Under the pieces are notes generated by a model, which searched no databases, was not told the DNA's origin, and saw only the letters and a list, made by a program, of their open reading frames with translations. A program made the translations under genes and the position numbers. Source: Desulfobacterales bacterium (GTDB taxonomy: Bacteria > Desulfobacterota > Desulfobacteria > Desulfobacterales > UBA5852). Taken from it: DNA of 64,000 nucleotides. This document shows, one piece after another, positions 58,581 to 64,000 of the stretch. Location: contig CAXXVS010000003.1 in NCBI GenBank assembly GCA_963674755.2, positions 960,001-1,024,000 of the forward strand. Direction: 5' to 3'. Positions within the stretch are counted from its first letter, which is position 1, and every line of letters begins with the position of its first letter.

Positions 58581-59357
58581 TTACAACCCATAGAGGCGGC
58601 AGGTATTCTCCCAGGTGATCTCGGCCATCGTGGCGGGATCGGTGTGTCGGACCTCGGCCACCTTGAGCAGGACGGATTTGACGAAGGCCGGCTCGTTGCG
58701 CCGGTGGCGATTGCGTTCCGGGGACGGGGTGAGGTAGGGTGCGTCGGTTTCCACCAGGAGACGATCGTCCGGGATCAGGGGCACCAGCGCACGCAGGGCT
58801 TCCCCCCGCTGCTGCATGGTGACGATGCCGGTGATGCCGATGGACAACCCCAGGTCCAGGTAGGCTTCCATCTCCCGGCGGTTGCCGCTGAAACAGTGCA
58901 CCACGCCCCGCAGGGCGGGGGCGCCGAAGGCCTGCAGCATGGCCAGAAAACGCCCCTCCGTGTCCCGCTCGTGAAAGATCAGGGGCAGATCCAGTTGCAA
59001 GGCGATTTCGAGCTGGCGTAGAAACCATCGTTCCTGGTCGTCCCGGGGGGCATACATGCGGTTGAAATCCAGGCCTATTTCGCCCCAGGCGCGGACTTTG
59101 GGATGATCCGCCAATTGAATGAGGTCTTCCAGGATCGTTTCGGAGCAACGGGCCGCATCGTGGGGGTGGATCCCTACGGAGGCCACGACCCCGGAATGAC
59201 TCTCGGCGATCCGGATGGCCTTGCGGGTTGTCTCCGGGTCGATGCCCACCACCATACATCGTTCTATCCCGGCTTCCCGGGCGCGGTCCAGTACCCCCCG
59301 GCGGTCGCTCTCGTATCGTTTATCGTCCAAATGGCAATGGCTGTCGAATAGTCGCAT
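58581..59357 (-). CDS. tatD: TatD-family hydrolase/DNase
   Basis: DSHCHL, G.HPH, GEIGLD, H.R, HCFSG, ETDAPYL and RNEP. Confidence 0.93.
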   Translation of the reverse strand: MRLFDSHCHLDDKRYESDRRGVLDRAREAGIERCMVVGIDPETTRKAIRIAESHSGVVASVGIHPHDAARCSETILEDLIQLADHPKVRAWGEIGLDFNRMYAPRDDQERWFLRQLEIALQLDLPLIFHERDTEGRFLAMLQAFGAPALRGVVHCFSGNRREMEAYLDLGLSIGITGIVTMQQRGEALRALVPLIPDDRLLVETDAPYLTPSPERNRHRRNEPAFVKSVLLKVAEVRHTDPATMAEITWENTCRLYGL

Positions 59358-59586
59358 GCGGGGGCCTTTTCTGTCGGTCGTACGCCAAATGCCCATGCCC
59401 CTTACCATTCCACCGCCTTCTTTAGCAAGCATCACCCGCGGCAATATTTGGGTTGCCAAGCCGGGTACCAAGCGCTAAAGTCAATCCTTTTTTAAGACCT
59501 GCTGTGGCACCCCCCCATACGCCGCCGTCGGCCGTCAACGCGTTCACCCCCTGTCGGGTGATTTTCCAAAAGATGTGGAGGTCATG

Positions 59587-60417
59587 ATGTTCAAAATCGT
59601 CAAACGGGAAGAAATGTCGCAAGGCACCGTCATCCTCAATGAAATCGAGGCGCCCCTGATCGCCCGCAAGGCCAAGCCGGGCCAGTTCGTCATTCTCAAG
59701 GCCGACGAGGACGGCGAACGCATACCGCTGACTATGGCGGAGGCGGATCCGGAGAAGGGCACGATCACCGTTATTTATATGGTGGTGGGCAAATCGACGG
59801 CCCTTTTCAAAACCTTGCAGGTGGGCGACGGGTATCAGGACGTCATCGGCCCCCTGGGCAAACCCACCCATATCGAGAAGGTCGGTACGGTGGTCTGCGT
59901 GGGCGGCGGCACGGGCGTGGCGGTGCTGCACCCCATCACACGGGCCCTGAAGGAGGCCGGCAACCATGTGATCTGCATTATTGGGGCACGCTCGAAAGAC
60001 CTGCTCATCTTGGAAGACAAGATGAAGGCCGCCTCCAATGAGTTGCACGTTTGCACCGATGACGGTTCTTACGGCCATCATGGTTTTGTCACCGATGTGC
60101 TCAAGGAAGTGTTGGCCAAGGAAGACGTCAAGCTGGCCGTGGCCATCGGGCCGGTGCCCATGATGAAATTCGTTTCCCTCATTACCAAGGAAGCGAATGT
60201 CAAGACCATCGTCAGCCTCAACCCCATCATGGTGGATGGCACCGGCATGTGCGGCGGCTGCCGTGTCAGCATCGGGGGCCAAAACAAATTCGCCTGTGTC
60301 GACGGACCGGAGTTCGACGGCCATCAGGTCGACTACGATGAGCTGATGAAACGGCTGCAGGCCTATTGCGAGGACGAAAAGCAATGCCACGACCATTTTT
60401 GCAAGATTCGCCCCTGA
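59587..60417 (+). CDS. nfnA: NfnA (electron-bifurcating transhydrogenase small subunit)
   Basis: PGQFVI, GERIPLT, GGG.GVA, DGTGMCGGCR and CVDGPEFDGH. Confidence 0.92.
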   Translation: MFKIVKREEMSQGTVILNEIEAPLIARKAKPGQFVILKADEDGERIPLTMAEADPEKGTITVIYMVVGKSTALFKTLQVGDGYQDVIGPLGKPTHIEKVGTVVCVGGGTGVAVLHPITRALKEAGNHVICIIGARSKDLLILEDKMKAASNELHVCTDDGSYGHHGFVTDVLKEVLAKEDVKLAVAIGPVPMMKFVSLITKEANVKTIVSLNPIMVDGTGMCGGCRVSIGGQNKFACVDGPEFDGHQVDYDELMKRLQAYCEDEKQCHDHFCKIRP

Positions 60418-60480
60418 TCGAGCCGATCGTTGCGCTGTGAACGGAGAAGACTTTTATACCGCTATCGGAGGATGATAACC

Positions 60481-61902
60481 ATGTCGGATCAGCCACAGAA
60501 AAAGGCCAAAGATAAAAGCAAATCCCGGGTTCCCATGCCCGAACAGGCGCCGGACGTCCGTCGCCGCAATTTCCAGGAAGTGCCTCTGGGCTACACCAAG
60601 GAAATGGCCGTGGAGGAAGCCGGCCGCTGCCTGCAATGCAAGAAGCCGGCCTGTGTCGAAGGCTGCCCGGTGGGGGTGGATATCCCCGGCTTCATACGCT
60701 TGATCAAGGAGGCGGACTTTACGGGCGCCATCCGCAATCTGTGGTCCAAGAACGCCCTGCCGGCGGTCTGCGGCCGGGTGTGTCCCCAGGAAATCCAGTG
60801 TGAGGGTCAGTGCATCCTGGGCAAGAAGGGCGCTCCCGTGGCCATCGGCAACCTGGAGCGGTTCGCCGCCGACCAGGAGCGGAACCACGGCACCGGTGTC
60901 CTGCCGCCCAAGGCCGATCCCACCGGCAAAAAAGTGGCCGTGGTGGGCTCCGGCCCTTCGAGTCTGACCGTGGCCGGCGACCTGGTCGTCAAGGGGCATG
61001 AGGTGACGGTGCTGGAGGCCTTTCACAAACCAGGCGGCGTCCTGGTCTACGGCATTCCCGAATTCCGCCTGCCCAAAGCGATCGTGGCCCAGGAGATCAA
61101 CTTCCTGGAGCGCCTGGGTGCCAAAGTGGAGGTCAACCAGGTGGTGGGCCGCACCGTGACCATCGACGAGCTTTTCGAGGCCGGCTACGATGCGGTCTAT
61201 CTGGGAGTGGGGGCCGGACTGCCCCGTTTTCTGAATGTGCCCGGAGAAAATTTAATCGGCATCCTTTCGGCCAACGAGTATCTCACCCGGGCCAACCTGA
61301 TGAAGGCCTATCTCTTCCCGGAAGTCGACACCCCGATTCCCCGGGGCAAGAACGTGGTGGTCCTGGGGGCTGGCAACGTGGCCATGGATTCGGCCCGCAC
61401 GGCCATGCGCCTGGGCGCCGACAGCGTCAAGATCGTCTACCGCCGGTCCCGCGAAGAGATGCCCGCCCGGAACGCGGAAATCCACCATGCCGAGGAGGAG
61501 GGCATCGAGATGTTCCTGCTGACCGCCCCCACCCGCTTCCTGGGCAACGACAAGGGACGTCTGACCGGCATGGAATGCCGCCAGATGGAGCTGGGCGAGC
61601 CGGACGATTCCGGCCGCCGGCGACCGGTGCCCAAGGAGGGCTCGGAGTTTCAAATGGACTGCGACCTGGTGATCGTCGCGGTGGGCTCGGGCGCCAATCC
61701 CCTGCTGACCCAGTCCACTCCGGATCTGAATCTCAACCGCTGGGGCTACATCATGGCGGATCCGGAGACCGGCAAGACCAGCAAGAAGGGGGTCTGGGCC
61801 GGGGGCGACATCGTCACCGGAGCGGCCACCGTGATCCTGGCCATGGGGGCCGGACGGAAGGCGGCGGATTCGATGCATGACTACCTCACCTGGGGCTGGT
61901 AG
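60481..61902 (+). CDS. nfnB: NfnB (GltD-like large subunit)
   Basis: RCLQC..P.C..GCP, CGRVCPQE.QC, G.GP, GAGNVAMD and GGDIVTGAATVI; follows nfnA. Confidence 0.92.
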   Translation: MSDQPQKKAKDKSKSRVPMPEQAPDVRRRNFQEVPLGYTKEMAVEEAGRCLQCKKPACVEGCPVGVDIPGFIRLIKEADFTGAIRNLWSKNALPAVCGRVCPQEIQCEGQCILGKKGAPVAIGNLERFAADQERNHGTGVLPPKADPTGKKVAVVGSGPSSLTVAGDLVVKGHEVTVLEAFHKPGGVLVYGIPEFRLPKAIVAQEINFLERLGAKVEVNQVVGRTVTIDELFEAGYDAVYLGVGAGLPRFLNVPGENLIGILSANEYLTRANLMKAYLFPEVDTPIPRGKNVVVLGAGNVAMDSARTAMRLGADSVKIVYRRSREEMPARNAEIHHAEEEGIEMFLLTAPTRFLGNDKGRLTGMECRQMELGEPDDSGRRRPVPKEGSEFQMDCDLVIVAVGSGANPLLTQSTPDLNLNRWGYIMADPETGKTSKKGVWAGGDIVTGAATVILAMGAGRKAADSMHDYLTWGW

Positions 61903-62044
61903 TCTTGGGTTGGAAGGGGCGCCTTTTGGCCCCTGCCGGCGTTCTCACCTCCCGGCTGTCCTCAGCGTAGCGCCGCTACGCTTGCGGGAGCCGGTCGGCT
62001 GCGGCCTTGCCAGGAGCCAAAACTCACCCCTTCCAACCCAAGAC
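61900..62044. repeat. ERIC-like/MITE-like hairpin element, family A copy 2
   Basis: Perfect 18-bp terminal inverted repeat (61902-61919/62027-62044); core shared with 29126-29312. Confidence 0.8.
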
Positions 62045-62162
62045 AGATATTTTGGGAGGGGCTTTTATTGCGAAGCTCGGGTTTAATACCCCGTCGCTTG
62101 GGACGATAGGATTGATTTTTCCCTAATTGATACCCCGCTAATTGCGGCGGGGTAGTTTGTCT

Positions 62163-62247
62163 GCCGGCGTTCTTGGTTTCTGGATGTCCTCGATATAGCC
62201 GTAGTTCCCTATGCGGGAGCAAGTCGCCTGCGGCTTTTCCAGAAACC
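62163..62247. repeat. Degenerate family-A-related hairpin
   Basis: GCCGGCGTTCT, GTCCTCG and GCCTGCGG core words; GGTTTCTGGA/TCCAGAAACC stem. Confidence 0.5.
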
Positions 62248-62261
62248 GGAATTCACCTCTT

Positions 62262-62310
62262 AAAAATACGGCGGCCCGCGTTGATTAGCGCGGGCCGCCG
62301 TATTTTTTTT
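62262..62310. terminator. Strong bidirectional intrinsic terminator
   Basis: AAAAATACGGCGGCCCGCG-TTGATTAG-CGCGGGCCGCCGTATTTTTTTT between convergent nfnB and the molybdoenzyme gene. Confidence 0.85.
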
Positions 62311-62351
62311 AATGACGTGGGGTTGCGGGGACAATGCCCCGGTGCTTCAGG

Positions 62352-64000
62352 TTATCCGCCGCTGGGCGGGGCCATTTTTTCGATTCTGGTCTTGATGTAT
62401 TTCAACAACGGCGTGCCGCCCATGTCTTCCGTTATGTTGGGCTTTTGGATGCCTGGTGGGTTCTGGCCGCCGAATTGCGGGAATTTGGGATCGCCTTCGA
62501 GGCCTCGTTTGTGGCCGTACCCGCCGGGAGAGCCCAGGATGCCGGGCATGATGTCCCAGGTGGGATGGGCTTTGATGGCGATCTCGCCCCAGGGGGATTT
62601 GAGCTTGACGAGATCGCCCTCGGCGATGTCCAGATCGTGGGCGTCCATTTTGTTGATCCACAGGGGATTGGTGCCCCGGGTCTTCATCAGGCCGAAATCG
62701 CTGAAGGTGGAGGAATGCTCGTGCTCCAGGATCCGGAAGTTGCCGAACAGGAACGGATAGGTGGCATCGGTGGCCAGATCCGGTGGCCCGTCGTGGTGAT
62801 TGGGCAGCGGATCGACGCCTTTTTCCTGGGCCACCACGTTCAGGAAGTTGTATTTGCCGGTCTTGGTATTGCCGGACGAGCCGTAGCCCTCAGGGGGATT
62901 GAGGGAACCCCACTTGCGGTATTTGTAGTATTCGGCCTTGTCCGTGATGACATAGCCCTTTTCTTTAAGCTGGTCCAGGGTACAGGGCAGGCCCCGCAGC
63001 TGGTTTTCAAACGCTTCTTCGATATGCTGCCATGGGAAATAGCCTTCCAGCCCCATCCGGCGTGCCAGCTCTATGGTAATCCAGTACATGGGGCGCGATT
63101 CGTAGAGCGGTTCGACGACTTCGGCCCAATAGCTGATCTGGGCGTCATAGAGCCAGTCAGGTTTGATCTGGCTTTGTTCCAGCCAGGTGCTGTCCGGCAA
63201 CACCACATCGCACAAGAGTGCGGTGTTGCACATGAAGGCGTCGATGCAGACTTTGAACTGCATTTTCTCTATGGCCTCCGTGATCGCGGCCTGGTTGCCC
63301 CAACTCAAGACGGGATCGCCGAAATAGCAGATCATGCCCTCCAGCTTGCCGGATTCGACATCGTCCAGCAGATAGGCGGGGGCCCATCCGGCCCACATCC
63401 GCAGTTTATCGAGCTTCGGCGCTTGGCCCTTGGGAGGCTTTTCCTGCCCTTCGCCCCAGGCGGGTTTGAGTTTCCGCTTGAAAGGCAGCGAAGGACCGCC
63501 GGGCGCATCGAAAGTGCCGCAGAGGCCGTTTAAGGCTTGCAGGGCGGCGGTGGCGTACATGCCGTTGGGTACCTGGGCCAGACCGGTCCAGGACATGGCG
63601 CCCTTGGTCCTGGCTTTGGCGAATTCCAGGGCAATCCGTTCGATGGTTTCGGCCGGCACGCCGCTGATGCTGGACGCCCAGCGCGGCGTTTTGGGCAGAT
63701 CGTCGTCTTCGCCCATCACGCGGTTTTTGAAGGCTTCAAACCCGGTGGTCCAGTTGGCAACGAACTCTTTGTCGTAGAGTCCGTTTTTGATGATGACGTG
63801 GCACATGGCCAAAGCCACGGCCGCGTCGGTGGACGGTTTGATGGGAATCCACTCGGTAGCCAGGGCGGCGGTCTCGGAGCGTCTAGGGTCCAGGACCACC
63901 AGCTTGGCGCCGCGGTCGACAGCCGACTTCAATTGGGCTGTCTTGCGCTGACCATAGGAGGTGGCCACCTCATTCATGCCGAAATGGAGAATGTAGTCGG
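62352..64000 (-). CDS. Molybdopterin oxidoreductase catalytic subunit (Psr/Phs/Arr-like), 5' end outside the window
   Basis: LVV.DPR.SETA..A.EW.PIKP.TD, CDVVLPD..WLE and WIN..DA..L.I..GD.V...S..G; frame open to the window edge. Confidence 0.85.
   Translation of the reverse strand, partial: DYILHFGMNEVATSYGQRKTAQLKSAVDRGAKLVVLDPRRSETAALATEWIPIKPSTDAAVALAMCHVIIKNGLYDKEFVANWTTGFEAFKNRVMGEDDDLPKTPRWASSISGVPAETIERIALEFAKARTKGAMSWTGLAQVPNGMYATAALQALNGLCGTFDAPGGPSLPFKRKLKPAWGEGQEKPPKGQAPKLDKLRMWAGWAPAYLLDDVESGKLEGMICYFGDPVLSWGNQAAITEAIEKMQFKVCIDAFMCNTALLCDVVLPDSTWLEQSQIKPDWLYDAQISYWAEVVEPLYESRPMYWITIELARRMGLEGYFPWQHIEEAFENQLRGLPCTLDQLKEKGYVITDKAEYYKYRKWGSLNPPEGYGSSGNTKTGKYNFLNVVAQEKGVDPLPNHHDGPPDLATDATYPFLFGNFRILEHEHSSTFSDFGLMKTRGTNPLWINKMDAHDLDIAEGDLVKLKSPWGEIAIKAHPTWDIMPGILGSPGGYGHKRGLEGDPKFPQFGGQNPPGIQKPNITEDMGGTPLLKYIKTRIEKMAPPSGG

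Noticed and set aside
60481..61902. Annotation as glutamate synthase
   Set aside because: No gltB large subunit; pairing with an NfnA-type gene indicates NfnB

Overview
GC-rich bacterial window whose gene content (NfnAB, DsrE, FmdB zinc ribbons, sigma-54 activator, Psr/Phs-type molybdoenzyme) points to an anaerobic deltaproteobacterium, probably Desulfobacterales (inference). It contains: (1) a translation/RNA-modification block (ThiI-like, rlmN, ffh-rpsP-khpA-rimM-trmD-SPOUT-rplS-rnhB-yraN-rsmI); (2) acyl-CoA ligases, a PPTase, a beta-CASP nuclease and a thioredoxin-rhodanese-DoxX trio; (3) a divergent histidine-utilisation locus (hutU-hutI-cyclodeaminase-LIV-type ABC transporter, then an aspartoacylase-like gene <- HutC operator -> hutC-hutH-fused FTCD that looks animal-type); (4) a B12-binding-like protein, three EamA exporters, a Dus, LysM, TetR and AsmA-like genes; (5) a catabolic cluster of unknown substrate (SDR, ThDP-dependent C-C lyase-like, BASS symporter, Zn-dehydrogenase, TetR); (6) ssb, tatA, a core methionine synthase, MoxR-vWA, DsrE, TatD, nfnAB and a partial molybdopterin oxidoreductase. 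I saw no rRNA, tRNA, CRISPR array, transposase or prophage gene. Two families of ERIC-like intergenic hairpin elements occur, and one shows compensatory base changes between copies. All functional calls come from motif recognition by eye, not database searches.
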